A stretch of 64,000 nucleotides of DNA from the human T2T-CHM13v2.0 reference genome, Homo sapiens. The position numbers and the translations under genes were made by a program. Location: assembly GCF_009914755.1 (NCBI RefSeq), contig NC_060939.1; one strand, given 5' to 3'. A model generated the notes under the pieces. It was given only the letters and a program-made list of their open reading frames with translations, was not told the origin of the DNA and made no database searches. Positions 13,713 through 27,255 of the stretch are shown piece by piece; position 1 is the stretch's first letter, and every line of letters begins with the position of its first letter.

Positions 13713-13774
13713 TGCTGCAGTGAGCTGAGATCATACCACTGGACTCCAGCCTGGGTGAAAAGAAAAGAAAAAAA
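13713..13774 (+). mobile_element. Alu 3' fragment (AluJ/FRAM-like)
   Basis: gctgcagtgagctgagatcataccactggactccagcctgggtga plus A tail. Confidence 0.85.
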
Positions 13775-13789
13775 CTAGGATTAAGAAGG

Positions 13790-14200
13790 AGCATGTAAAT
13801 ATTGTAGATATTAGACATGGGGAAACTGGTAACATCCGTGCAGGTAAGAACTAAGAGGGCAACTGTGAGAATGAAGATGATGGGATTGTTGAGAGATGGT
13901 ATGAAGATGGACAATTTAGGACACGGCACCTGGCGGAAATGACTGGGGGTTGTTGGTGAACAGGGAGGGAAGCATTCAAGGTGGCTTAGACGTTTCTTGT
14001 CTGCATACCTGGTTAGATAACAGTGGAATTGGAAAAGGAGGAATATGTTTCAAGGGGAAAAAGAAACTTCAGCTTCAGATACTTTGGATGAGGGATTCCA
14101 GGAGCACTTTTAGGTTGCAGGTAAAAATGTGGAAAGACTGAAACTCTGCAGAGAGTCTGGAGGGGCTGCAAAATTAGCCCTGAGAATGGATGAGCTTACT
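13790..14200 (-). mobile_element. L2 fragment
   Basis: Purine-rich antisense L2 pattern. Confidence 0.6.
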
Positions 14201-15000
14201 TCATACAAGATTTTCTAAATACTCAGTTTTTAAAGGATTTCTAACTAGTAAAGAGACCTCAGACTGAATAAACCAAGTTGGTCTTTAATCATGAAGTTCA
14301 CATACCACTGAACCAAGATTTTGCTCAGTGTGTTACTTGCTTATTTATTTATTTTGAAGGGATTAACATTTAAGAGTTACATAAAAAAAAGAAAAAAGAA
14401 ATGTTTAAATTCAAGGCTTAAAGGAATGGCTGTGGGAATTTATACCTGTTGTGGGGAAAAACCATAACTATAGTGCATTCTAAACTTGTCATGATTTCAA
14501 TTTACAAACATGAGAATAAACTATTCTTGTTAGCAGTTGATGATCTTTTAAATTACAAGCTAATACTTCCTGGAGCAAAAAGTTTTGAAAATTTCAATAT
14601 TTTGCATTCAGATTTCCTATCTGCCATTACTTAGGTAAAATCTTAGGTGTGGGGAAAAAGAGTGATTAAAATTGCAGAAATGGTAGTAATAATAAAAATA
14701 ATAATAGTAATGGCAGCAACAAGTCCTCAAATCAATAACCTATGGGGTCTACTTGAAGTCTTTAAAAAAATTGTCTCTGTATCTTTAAAGTTTTGGCAGT
14801 TTTGGAAGAGGCTGCTTAGATTAATGTCTACTTTTTATTCTCCTGTTTCCATACTCAGTTCCTTTGTGAAGCATGAGTTAGTTGAGGTACTATTTGTGGA
14901 GGAAAAAAACAAAATGACTCCATTATGTCTCGGCTATCCCCTAAACAGTCAGTAATATTTCGCCTGTTTGTTTAGAACGCACCTCTAAGTATATCCTAGG

Positions 15001-15150
15001 AGAGAGATTCTTAACCCCCAATCCATAAATTGGCTTGAAGCAGGCCCTTGAACTTGTATACATAATTGTGAGTGAGGTGCATGCATTTTTCTGGAAGCTG
15101 GTCTTAGCTTTCCAAGTTGTCTATGAAGACTCAAGAAGCTCAGACCTCAT
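15001..15150 (+). mobile_element. hAT-Charlie MITE (Charlie4z-like)
   Basis: gattcttaacc...gtgcatgcatttttctgg...tagctttc. Confidence 0.55.
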
Positions 15151-15216
15151 CTCCTGGGATCCTTTTACGATCTGGGACTGTGGTCCTACGGTATACTCAC
15201 TCTTGCTTGATTCTGA

Positions 15217-15450
15217 GCAGTGTGTGTGCATTGGAAAATACTTCAGGCTAGTATTTAGGAGACATTTATTTTAGAGCTGTCTGTACTCTAAGCTTGCATT
15301 AACTTCCAACAAGTCACTTTTTCTCTTTTGGCCTCAGTTTGTTCATCATTCAAATGGGAACAGAATGTCTATCCTACTCAGATAGACTAGACCAGCTATT
15401 ATGAGACTAACATAAGGGAGTAAATATACTCTGAATAATGCAAAGTATCC
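15217..15450 (+). mobile_element. MIR
   Basis: Core caagtcacttt...ggcctcagtttgttcatc...aaatggg. Confidence 0.75.
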
Positions 15451-15666
15451 TAATGAAGCTAGATATTACCTGCGGCTTGGAGCCTTTGCTTTGTACTCAT
15501 GCTTCCTTCATATTCTTTCTCTGCTTCTTTATTTTCCTGAAGGCTGTTGGTCCCCTCAATTCTGCATTCTCTACATTTTTACCCATGTGTTTTAGGTGCT
15601 GCAGTAGAGACAGACAAAAGGAAAAGATGTTGATTGGGCAAGGGGTCACTTTAAGAACTTGCTACT

Positions 15667-15953
15667 GGCCAGGTGCGGTGGCTCACACCTGTAATCCCAG
15701 CAATTTGGAAGGCCAAGGCGGGCAGATCACCTGAGGTAAGGAGTTCGAGACTAGCCTGGCCAACATGGCGAAACCCCATCTCTACTAAAAATACAAAAAT
15801 TAGCTGGGCATGGTGGTGCGTGCCTGTAATACCAGCTACTTGGTAGGATTAGGTAGGAGAATTGCTTGAACTCGGGAGGTGGAGATTGCAGTGAGCAGAG
15901 ATCACAGCACTGCACACTCCAACTTGGAGAGAGAATGGACTCCATTTCAAAAA
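15667..15953 (+). mobile_element. AluSx-like
   Basis: Full dimer; TSD aagaacttgctact / aagaacttgcttct. Confidence 0.95.
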
Positions 15954-15999
15954 AAGAACTTGCTTCTAAGAGGAAAATATTAATACTTTGCTCTCATAG

Positions 16000-16190
16000 A
16001 GTGTGTCAGCTTTTCAAGGCATTTCATATTAGCTGCCATGCTTCTTCACCATAGCAGACCAGGAAGAAGTTTTCACCACACTCATTTAATTTGGAAACTG
16101 AGGCAGAGACCAGGAGTCCAAGGTCACTCAAGTTATCAAGGGTGGTGCTAGGGCTGGAAACTGAGCTCTGTGACTCTGGGTGCCAGGGTT
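16000..16190 (-). mobile_element. MIR
   Basis: ggaaactgaggcagag...ccaaggtcactca. Confidence 0.75.
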
Positions 16191-16942
16191 TTGTCAGCAT
16201 TTCCTTGAGACTGATCTTGGGTGGCAGACACAGAATCAATCATGAGAGTATTTTGTAGTCAAACAGCGAGCAGATATGCATCAGCAATCCCTGTCTTGAT
16301 CCATCCCTTTTCTTTATACGATGATCCAGGAGGAACTGTCTGTCTTCCATCGTGTCTGTTTTCAGACGGATTTTGACCTTGCAGCTAAGTCTTTCTCTCA
16401 CTGCTGACTCTGCTCACTCTCCTTCAACTTGATTCATTTGGGCCCATTGGTTCCTGCTTGGGAAAGGCCCATCTGGGAGTGCTCAGTACATTCCCCTGTC
16501 AAGCAGGGGAAAGAGCTGCACTTGCAAAATGAGGAAACTTCCAAGAGGGCTCTGGCCAGAAGTCAATTTGCAATTTTGAGAGCAGCACTTGATCTGGAAA
16601 CTGAAATAACATGCCTGTTGCTTATTACTTCAGAATGCTGCTACATAGCTTTTTACTCTTGCCGACAGCGATGAATGATCTAAACCAGTATACTGCTTAA
16701 GTTTTCAGCCAGTCTTTTAATGTGCAGGCATCTCACATACATTTTTTGGGCATCTACCAATGCCAAGTTCTCTAGGTAATAAGAAAATGAAAGTTGAAAG
16801 GGCCCACTCCAGTGCCTCCAGCATTCAGGAGATAGCAGTGGTGTATAGTGACTCACAGGTGCTTCTGGAGAAAGCTGTGCTCAGTGGCTCAGGGTTACAG
16901 GAAGAGAAGAGACTAAATTGCCAGGCTTAAAACATTAGCTTC

Positions 16943-18212
<1,270 letters not shown>

Positions 18213-18217
18213 AGTTT

Positions 18218-18322
18218 GAAAGCTCCATAAGAGCAAGGATCTCGTCTATCTTGTTCACTGCTAGATTCCCAGCTCCTAGCCTAGTGTGATGCTCAATAAA
18301 TATTTCTTGATTGAATGACTAA
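18218..18322 (+). mobile_element. L2 3' end
   Basis: aagctccat...cttgttcactgct...gctcaataaatatttcttgattgaatga. Confidence 0.85.
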
Positions 18323-18339
18323 ATAACCTCTGTCTGAAT

Positions 18340-18830
18340 TAAGGAGAAGGTTTCCTGGAGAATGTGAGACTTGAGTAAGCTTGATGATGAGTTGTGCCTC
18401 CCTGGGCATGGAAGTACAGGCATAGTGTGAAAATTACAGGCAAAGAGAATAATTCAATAAAAGCACAAAAGCATGGAAATGAATGAACTGCTTGGGGAAC
18501 TTCAAATGATCCACCATCGCTGGAGTTTCGGAAGAAAAGTGGAAGGAGATAAGGACAAAAACATTGACTGGTGTCAGGATATAAAGTCATCATTATGACC
18601 CTCATGTTACAGAGGAAGAACCTGAGGCTCAAAGACGATAGGTGACTTATCAAAGGTTATGCATTAATAATATCTCTATCCTTTCTATGTATGGGTATCA
18701 TACTAAGCACTTTTTGTGCACTGTCTCATTTAAATCCATATAGTGAGTTTATGAGATGGTTACTATTGTTTTTCTAATTTTATAGATAAAAATAATAAGA
18801 CATAGGGAAGATAAATAACTTTTCCTGGGA
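18340..18830 (-). mobile_element. L2 fragment followed by two MIR fragments
   Basis: ttacagaggaagaacctgaggctc; ctaagcacttt...tctcatttaaatcc. Confidence 0.6.
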
Positions 18831-18834
18831 CATA

Positions 18835-19545
18835 CTGTCCAAGATGGCAGATCGAGTACACACTATGGCCTCTTCTTCCTGACCTAAATCCCTAGAAATG
18901 AATGAAAACAACTTTTTTCAAAGAGAAAAAGAAATCACAGCAACAATGGAAAATAAGGAGAGAAATCCTGGTAGACTAGAAGAAATTTTAAGACAGTTCT
19001 GAAAATAAGCATCAGGATATAGACTGAAGAATAAGCCTCTTTTGGTAGAGTTCTTTGGTGAAGGCTGGGAATAACACTAAGAGTGCTCCACTCTTGGGAG
19101 TGGTGGGTGCCCCAAGTAGGGGACCAGGGATGATGACAGGCTGATGAGTGGGAGCAGCTGGGCTGCTGAGCCCCTGCACATGCTTCCTCTCTCCTGGCAG
19201 GCAGCCATGGCTGAGGATGAGGGGCAGGCGGGGTCTGCCTCCAGACTGGAGCATGGGCTTGCGGGGGAATGCAATCAGAGACCCACAGGAAGGGACACCT
19301 CATGGCAGGGAGAAAACCCTTCACTCATCGATAGCTTCACAGGTTCCATGCCCAGAGGTGTGCTGTCTCACTCCACCATAATTTCACCAAAAAAATCTGG
19401 AATTTGAGCCTCAGCAGCACATCCTAGCCCTCCCCTTGCCCAAGAGTCACGAATTCTATTTGTGCACACAGATAGAGCCAACAGGTAACAAGGGATCTGA
19501 GCACAGAGATGGGCCCCCGATTAAGAATTACCAGCCAGGGTGAAA
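18835..19545 (+). mobile_element. Old L1M/HAL1-like 5' region
   Basis: Starts tccaagatggcagatcgag, an L1-type 5' motif, then decayed 5'UTR-like sequence. Confidence 0.45.
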
Positions 19546-19684
19546 GTTACTTGGCCTCAGTCATCCCTAATTTGTTTGAAAACCCTAGTTGGTAGCAACA
19601 GCTTGGGTTCTCCATCTCAGGTCTCCACAGTGACATCTCTTTCCATTGTGCCAAACTATTTCCTAAATTGAACGTGTGTTATAG

Positions 19685-20443
19685 GAGGGGTCCCCAACCC
19701 CCAGGCCATGGACCCCCATCCATGGCCTGTTAGGAACTGGGGCACGCAGCAGGAGGTGAGTGGCAGTGAGCATTACCGCCTGAGCTCTGCCTCCTGTCAG
19801 ATTAGCAGTGGCATTAGATTCTCATAGGAGCAAAGACCCTACTGTGAACTGTACACATGAGGGATCTAGGTTTTGTGCTCCTCATGAGAATCTAATTCCT
19901 GATGATCTGTCACTGTCTCCCATCATTCCCATATGGAACCATCTTGTTGCAGGAAAACAAGCTCAGGGGTCCCACTGATTCTACATTATGGTGAGTTGTT
20001 ATATGTAAATGTAATTTTTTTTTCTTTTTTTTTTTTTTTTTTTGAGATAGAGTCTCGCTCTGTCACCCAGGCTGAAGTGCAGTGGCGCGATCTCGGCTCA
20101 CTGCAAACTCTGCCTACGGGGTTTATGCCATTCTCCTGCCTCGGCGTTCTGAGTAGCTGGGACTACAGGTGCCCGCCACCATGCCCAGCTAATTTTTTGT
20201 ATTTTTAGTAGAGACAGGGTTTCACTGTATTAGCCAGGATGGTCTCGATTTCCTGACCTCGTGATCCGCCCACTTCGGCCTCCCAAAGTGTTGGGATTAC
20301 AGGCGTGAGCCACCGCGCCCATCCAAATGTAATGCTCTTGAATCATTCCAAACATGCCCCCTACCCCTACCCCCAGCTCTGTCCATGGAAAAATTGTCTT
20401 CTATGAAACCAGTTCCTGGTGCCTAAAAGGTTGGGGACCGCTG
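19685..20443 (+). mobile_element. MER1A (hAT-Charlie)
   Basis: TIRs gaggggtccccaacc / ggttggggaccgctg; perfect 8 bp TSD tgttatag at 19677-19684 and 20444-20451. Confidence 0.93.
20016..20324 (-). mobile_element. AluY inside MER1A
   Basis: gccattctcc and tagccaggatggtctcg diagnostics; flanking aaatgtaat repeat. Confidence 0.93.
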
Positions 20444-20951
20444 TGTTATAGCATTGTTATAGCATTGTGTGGATCTGCATCCCAGCACTGGGGCAAGCCC
20501 TGGACGCTACATGAAAAGCTGTACAATTTTTGTTGGGATATTGACCCACCCGGCATGAAACACACACTCAACACAAATTCAGTGAGTGTCTCTTGTGGGT
20601 GCAGAGCCTTCCCCAGGGCTGGGGGAGCAGGTGCCGTAAGGAGGAAAGGCAGGAGCATGGACTTCGGAGGGAGTTCAAAGCTGACAGTCATGGGCCCAAC
20701 GAATGGGTCTCCACAAATAATGGAGAAATGAAAGGACACCCAAAACTACTTAGTTTGAGCCTCATGAAAGTGGAGACCTTGAAGGAACTATGCTTCATGG
20801 AGGGTAAGGAAAACAGCAATGCCAAGAGTCTGAACCCGAGCCTGAATATGGGAATATTCAGAGAAGGCACTTACGTGACTCAAGGGAGCATCTTTGTCTG
20901 GGGCAGTAGCAAGACAGCCTGGTTTTTCCCACTTGTGAAAATGGGTAGTGT

Positions 20952-21349
20952 GGTATACTACCTTCCTAGGGCTGCTGTCACAAATGATCAGAAACTCAGG
21001 AACTTAAAACAACAGAGGTTTATTGTCTCACACTTCTGGAGGCCAAAAGTCCAAGATCAAGGTGTCAGCAGGGCCATGCTCCCTCTGCAGGCTCTAGGGA
21101 AGAATCCTTCCTTGCTCCTGCCAGAAACCCTTGGTGTTCCTTGGTGGGTAGCTGTATCTCTCCAATCTCTGCCTCCATCATCACATGGCCTTCTTCTAAG
21201 GACATCAGTCATTGGATTTAGGGCCTATCCTGATCCAGCATGACCTCATCTTAACTCATGACATCTGCAAGGATCCCTTCCAAATAAGGTCACATGCTAA
21301 GGTTCCAGGTGGCCATGAATTTTGAGGGGACATCATCCAACCCCGTACA
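20952..21349 (-). mobile_element. MLT1B/C solo LTR
   Basis: ttcctagggctgctgt...acttaaaacaacag...ttccaaataaggtcaca. Confidence 0.9.
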
Positions 21350-22704
21350 GATGGTATCACCTAATCCTTCCTATAGGTGGTATGATTTATAAAGTGACTG
21401 CCAAGACTCTGCTTCTGGACACAGGTTCAGATTTTCTTGACTCAAAAATAGCTTGGCCACTCAAGGTGATGGAAACCCTTCCTGTAACTTCTGAAACTCT
21501 CCTAAACGATGGTTATCTACCATCCTTTCTCCCAAGTCATTCTGAGATGCCCAACAGTGCAGCTATTCCCTCCCCTTATTTGTTAATTTCATATTTGTGG
21601 ATAAATGAGAATGTTATTCTCCCTCAAATAGTTTGCTTCTGCAGACAATGTACCGCTTTCCCGTTTCTATTTTAAAGCTGCGCACGCATCTGTAAGAAGA
21701 CGGGAGTGTTATGTAATACCTACCATTTTTGTCAAAACCTCATCTCACCCCATTGCCTGATACAGGAGGAAGCTACTGGTGTGAAATTTGCTGTTTTTTT
21801 TTTTTTTTAAGGTGAAGAGTATATTCAGATGGATTTCATACCTCACATTCATAAGCAGGTCCATTTTTAAAAGACTATAGGTACTGTGTTAATGAAAGAT
21901 GAAATTCACATCCATCTCCTGTATAGCATGCCAGCAATGATGGTACAAATATAGCTGAATACTCTGCCTTTGCCTTTATAGGTATTTTAAAGAGGTGCCC
22001 TAAAGGGAAGCATGCAGACTGATCAACAGAAAACGTCTTAAAGAGAGGAAGACGACCAAGAATATTTTCCCTTCTGAAAGGTTATGATGTTAAAGTCTTA
22101 GTCCATTTGGAGCTTGTCATCTGGACTATTGCAGTTTATAAACGAGAGCTACAGCAGCCCCAGGGGGCCTCAGAAAGGAAAAAATTACTTCAGGAAGATG
22201 ATATTTCTTTGTTAGAATCAGGGCTTTGTGAGAGGTGAGATGGGCCAGCTCAGGGAGAGTCAGGACTTGGAATCCAGTCGGAGCTGCAGGCTTGGGCCAG
22301 GTGTCAGCACATAGGAGCCAAGGCAGGGCTTGGGAAGCACAGACACGGGGCGGGTGTGAGTCTGAAGTTGCTCTGAATGTAGGGGCCAATCTGTGAGAGG
22401 GACATTAGCAGGATGCAAAGTTCTATTAGACCAAAGTCCAGAGTGAGGCCACTCTAGTTTAGAGTATGAGCCATTGTAGGGAGTGGGAAGCTGACTGGGG
22501 TCCAGAAAAAGGAGGTCAACAACGTAAAGGTCTGGCATTGGTATTACGATCCCGGTCATGGGAAAACTGGGCGTTCAAGGGGAAGACATCCAGTCCAGCT
22601 AAGTTCTCAGACATTCCAACCTGGGATTGGGAAGGAGGTAAAGAAGGCCTTGGCAGCCATTTTGTAAATTGTACTATCAATAGAATGGATTGAGTGATAT
22701 CATC

Positions 22705-23010
22705 TCTTCTGGATTGAGTGGTATTTCTTCCAAATTCATGTCTTCTGGAACTTCAGAGTGTGACTTTATTTGGAAATAGTGTTATTGCCGATGTAATTGA
22801 TTAAGATGAGGTCACACGAGGTTAGGGTAGGCCCTAAATCCAATGACTGACGTCCTTATAAGAAGAAGGCCATGTGATGATGGAGGCAGAGACTGGAAAG
22901 ACACAGCTACAAGCCAAGGAACACCAAGGATAGCTGGAGTCCAAAAGAAGCTAGAAAGAGGCAAGGGAAGGATTCTTCTCTAGCGCCTTCAGTGGGAGTG
23001 GTGCTGCAAG
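22705..23010 (+). mobile_element. MLT1B/C LTR, 3' truncated
   Basis: tgtgactttatttggaaatag...taagatgaggtca...ccctaaatccaatgactg. Confidence 0.9.
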
Positions 23011-23254
23011 GAACCCTGGAGCACTTCATGCAGCACCATTTGGTGCTATTCTCTGCTAGTTCTGGGTCTGTGTGTCCCATGCCCATTGGGTCTGTGAGCA
23101 CCACGAGCTCACAGCTTGGGGAAACTTGGGGAGCTTGCTATTTTTTGAGGCCTGGGAGCTTTCTATCCTGCATTGGTCAGCTTTGGTATTGAAAAGAGAA
23201 CTAGACTTAAATTTAAGAGCCCTGGGCTGTGTTTTATTACTTATTTAGGTATGC

Positions 23255-23990
23255 ATTTATCCACTTAGCGAATATTTATGGATCACCTAATGTAGATCAG
23301 GCACTGAGCTACGTCCTGGGGAGATATAGATACATAACAGAGTCTCTCACATCACGGAACCACTGACTGGTGACATGTCCAGTCAGTTACATTCCTGTGA
23401 AATAATGCATAAAGGTGATAACAGAGGATTATAAAAGCCCTGGGGGAGGCACAGCAAAGGTAGCTGAGGGGAGATGGGAGATGGTGGAAGGCAGGAAACG
23501 GTCCATGAAATGAAACCCAAACAGAATTTGTAAAGAGTAAACAGGAGTGAGCTAGGTGAAGAGGGTGGGGAAGGCATTTTAGAGAGAAGAGACAGCATGG
23601 GCAAGTGAGTGGAGGTGGCATATGTAGCATTTGCAGAGACCCCCAATCAGATTGTGTGGCTGGAATTAAAACCTCTGAAGCAGGGAGGAGTGAAAATAAA
23701 AGTAGAGACATATATAAAGATGCAGATGATGAAGAGTCTTGAATATATGTTACAGAACTTGGACTTTATCTGCTGGTAATGAGAAGCCACTGATGACTTT
23801 GAGCAGACAGTGATAGGGTCAGATTTGTGAAGGATGGATTGGAACAAGGCTGGAGGTAGAGGCAGGAAGAGGAGGTTGTTGCAATAATTGAGGTGAGAGA
23901 TGCTACTGAGCTGAACCAGGGAAGTGGGAGAAGAAGCGGGGAACAGTTTATCTTAAGAAACATTTAGGAGATCAATCAAGAATTAAAGCC
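23255..23990 (-). mobile_element. L2
   Basis: aatatttatggatcacctaatgtagatcaggcactg...ttggactttatc...gaagccactga. Confidence 0.85.
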
Positions 23991-23999
23991 TTGTGAACT

Positions 24000-24145
24000 T
24001 GTATAAATTAAGGCTCAGTTTCTGAGCCTTAATTTTCTCATCAGTAGAATGGGAAAGAATGATAGCCAGTCCATAGAGTTGTGGAAGGATTAAATTAGGT
24101 CACCAATGTCCAAATGGCTTGCAACTTCTCTAATGCTTTGCAACT
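24000..24145 (+). mobile_element. MIR
   Basis: tctgagccttaattttctcatcagtagaatggg. Confidence 0.7.
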
Positions 24146-25117
24146 TCAACTCAGCCTCCAGGGTGTGGCAATTAGTAGATTTTCCATAATATTTGTGGAA
24201 TGGCCCACCTTGTGCCTAAATGATGGCCAACCTGGAGAAATACGTAAATACTGAATAGTTTCATAAGCTAACTTAGAAATTTAAAATGCGATTTTTAAAG
24301 CCCAGGTTTATAAGTACATACTTACTTCTATGCGCTTTCTAAAATATATAATTATGTTCTCTGCTCACATAATTTTATCCATTATAAAAACTGAGCATAT
24401 CACTGTCACTTTTATTGCAGGATACTGGCAGAATTTGCTTTACCTAGCAGATGTGTTTCTGAAAATTTTACTTGTAAATTGATTTTAAAATGAGTCAAAT
24501 CATACTTTATTTACACTAGGGAGATGCATTTCAAAGAACCCTCTGGTTGTGTCTCCTTTGGTAAAATTAATAATTATCTTGAATTTTTGCAGGGATTAAA
24601 TATGAGCCTCTACATACTTAAATTGGTGGTAGTGGTCTATATAAAATATATTTAATATACAGAAAATGTACAATATCTGTTCAAATAAATGAAGCAAAGT
24701 TTCTCAGCCTGTTGCCGTGTGGTTGGACTTTTTAATACCCACCCATTGTAATTTAAGACATTCTCCCACCAAACGTGTCAAATTAACATCTACATTAATC
24801 TTCTTCATACTTGACACAAACCCAGTCCCAACCCTTCCATTACTGACATGAGATCAATTCACTTTCACAATATGATCTTCTAAGAGACAATAAATTACAC
24901 ACTTTCTATTTAGTATCTAGTCGGCATCTAATTGCATTTTGATTTGTTTCTTGATGTGCGGCTGGAGTGCTGAGAATTGGACATAGAAAGTCGGATGAGT
25001 CATATGGCCTAATTATAACTTGTAATTGTTAAACATAACAGTATTACTATGATAAGTGCTGCAAATCAATACTAAAAATGTTCAGGCAGGAAAGATTTAT
25101 GGCAACACGGATTTAGA

Positions 25118-25450
25118 ATAATGGTCATTTATGAAGCACCTACTACGCTCCAGGAACTGCACTTGTTACTTTATTTTTACCTCTCCCCTAGCCCTAGCAG
25201 ATATTATTATTTCTCATTTTGCAAATGAGAAAATGGAAGCCTAGCTATATGCAGTCATTCACACTAAGTGACCCAGCTAGGACCTAGTAGAGCTGAAATG
25301 TAAATCCTCAACTAATATCCTGTCAGGTCCTCTCACTTGGAGACCTGGGTTCCAGCGCGGTGTGGGCTTCTAACTTACCTTTGTACCTGGGTTCCTCATC
25401 TGTCACAGAGGAGTTTGTTCATTTTTATCTCTGAGACCCATTCTGCTTCC
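25118..25450. mobile_element. Two MIRs (minus ~25118-25320, plus ~25340-25450)
   Basis: catttatgaagcacctactacg; cattttgcaaatgagaaaa; gttcctcatctgt. Confidence 0.7.
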
Positions 25451-27255
25451 TGACGTTTTCAATGAAGTTTCAAGAAGGCCTTGAGCTACTTTTAAACAGC
25501 CTGGCATTCCACCACACCTCCCCATAGTCAATGAATTCCAACTTGAAATCCAAGAATAGCTAAACCTCTACTTCAGTCCCAAGAGCCATTTCACTTACTG
25601 AAATACTTACCACACTACCATCCAATTACTATGTAAAACACCTTGGGATACCATTAATACAAAAGGTTATATATTCTAAAACCCAAATGTCATTTTGTAT
25701 TAGACATTTTCTTAAGGGCTACTTATCTCAGGATGAATTCCAAGAATGAGTGCTTAATAATTATTTTGCATTTAAACAACCTACTTATGAATTCCAGGGA
25801 TACATTGTGCCACAGTACGGCTTCTGCAGGATACAGCAATTATTATAAATGCTGGTGGATTAACTACTACAGTATTGCAGCCTGACAAAATGACACATCT
25901 GTATTAGATCACTGGTAGGTCATCAGGCAAAATCCTTCCTTCTTCTCCACCCCCAGTCCTCATTCCAGAAAATAGGGCTGTAAGGAATATTTCTCAACCC
26001 AGTAAGAAATAATATCAACCCTCAGCAGCTTATACAATATATGTAGAACTCCATATACTGGACCTGGTCATAGATATTTTTATTATTCGGTGAATTGCAG
26101 TACAAACACATCCCTCTTAAAAGATGCTGGGAAGAAGATTTTTAAAAACCAAGGTATTTTTACATAGACTCCTGATGAATTTGACTTAAAAGCCAACTCA
26201 GCCACAGAAATCTGGGGCTTAGGTCTGTTTGGATTTATAAAATTTTTATTAAAAGAATAGGATATAATTTTGGAGAAAACAGGGCTTGGATCAAAACATG
26301 TGGATTCGTTCTTGTGTGCATATATGTGTGAGTGTGTGGGGTGGAGGGGGAGGGCTGGGGTAGGGAAAAAATTTCAGTTAACCTCTTATGAACTCAAACA
26401 GCCAAGCTCCATGCAGCTTTAATAAGTAATCACTTGGTGATGAACATTTAACAGTCTCATTAAATCATAATTTAAAAGATTGCCCTTTTTTTTGCCCCAA
26501 ACAAATAAAACTCTGTTAAATTCTAATAAGGATCTTTGGAACAGCTGTTTTGTGCTACAGAATGTGTAATGACCTTATAATTGTATTAGATGTGGCATGC
26601 AAATGTTTATGTTTCTGCTCTAGTATGAAATGCGCTAAATAACAGAAGCCAAAGAAAAGGGATTCGTTATGAATTCCAACGGCACAAGGGCTGCATTTCC
26701 AGAGATGGTTGGGCGGTGGGGGGTCCTCAGTCAATTTCTGACGTTGATGCTGGGCTGGGCTGGATCAGACTGAGGCAGGCTAGCTGGTTGCCATACAGTT
26801 GGATTCCCTTCTCTGCCTGCCACCGCATCCTTCACTTCACCTCAAACACCTACCACGACTCTTAGATCTTAGAAAAACCTACTCTCTGATCAGACTCTCA
26901 GGTTGCAAGGGCTCAGAATTTTCAGGGCCAGCTCCTGTTTTCTTTGGATTTTTTTTACATTAGAAAAATAAATCTGATTGTATATGTTTGAGGTTCACAA
27001 CATGATGTTATATTGTGAATTTCCCCTAGCGTGGGCGTTGCACGACTGCTGTTGGTGCCGTAGGTCTGCTGTCCAGCACTACCCTCCAGGCCTGGCAGGC
27101 TAACCCGTGTGAACTTGAACTCTATCTACTGGCTTCTTGGCCTTCTGCTCTCCTTGGGTGTGGCCAGTGGGGAGCCCAGCAGGAGGGGGCAGAGTGAAGT
27201 TCAGTAAATAGTTCCCTGGCTCATTCCCTGTGGGGTTACCATGGATTGTGTCTCT

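Noticed and set aside
25611-25675. Minus-strand exon with GTAAGT donor
   Set aside because: Weak acceptor, stops in all frames, and such donors occur by chance at this scale.
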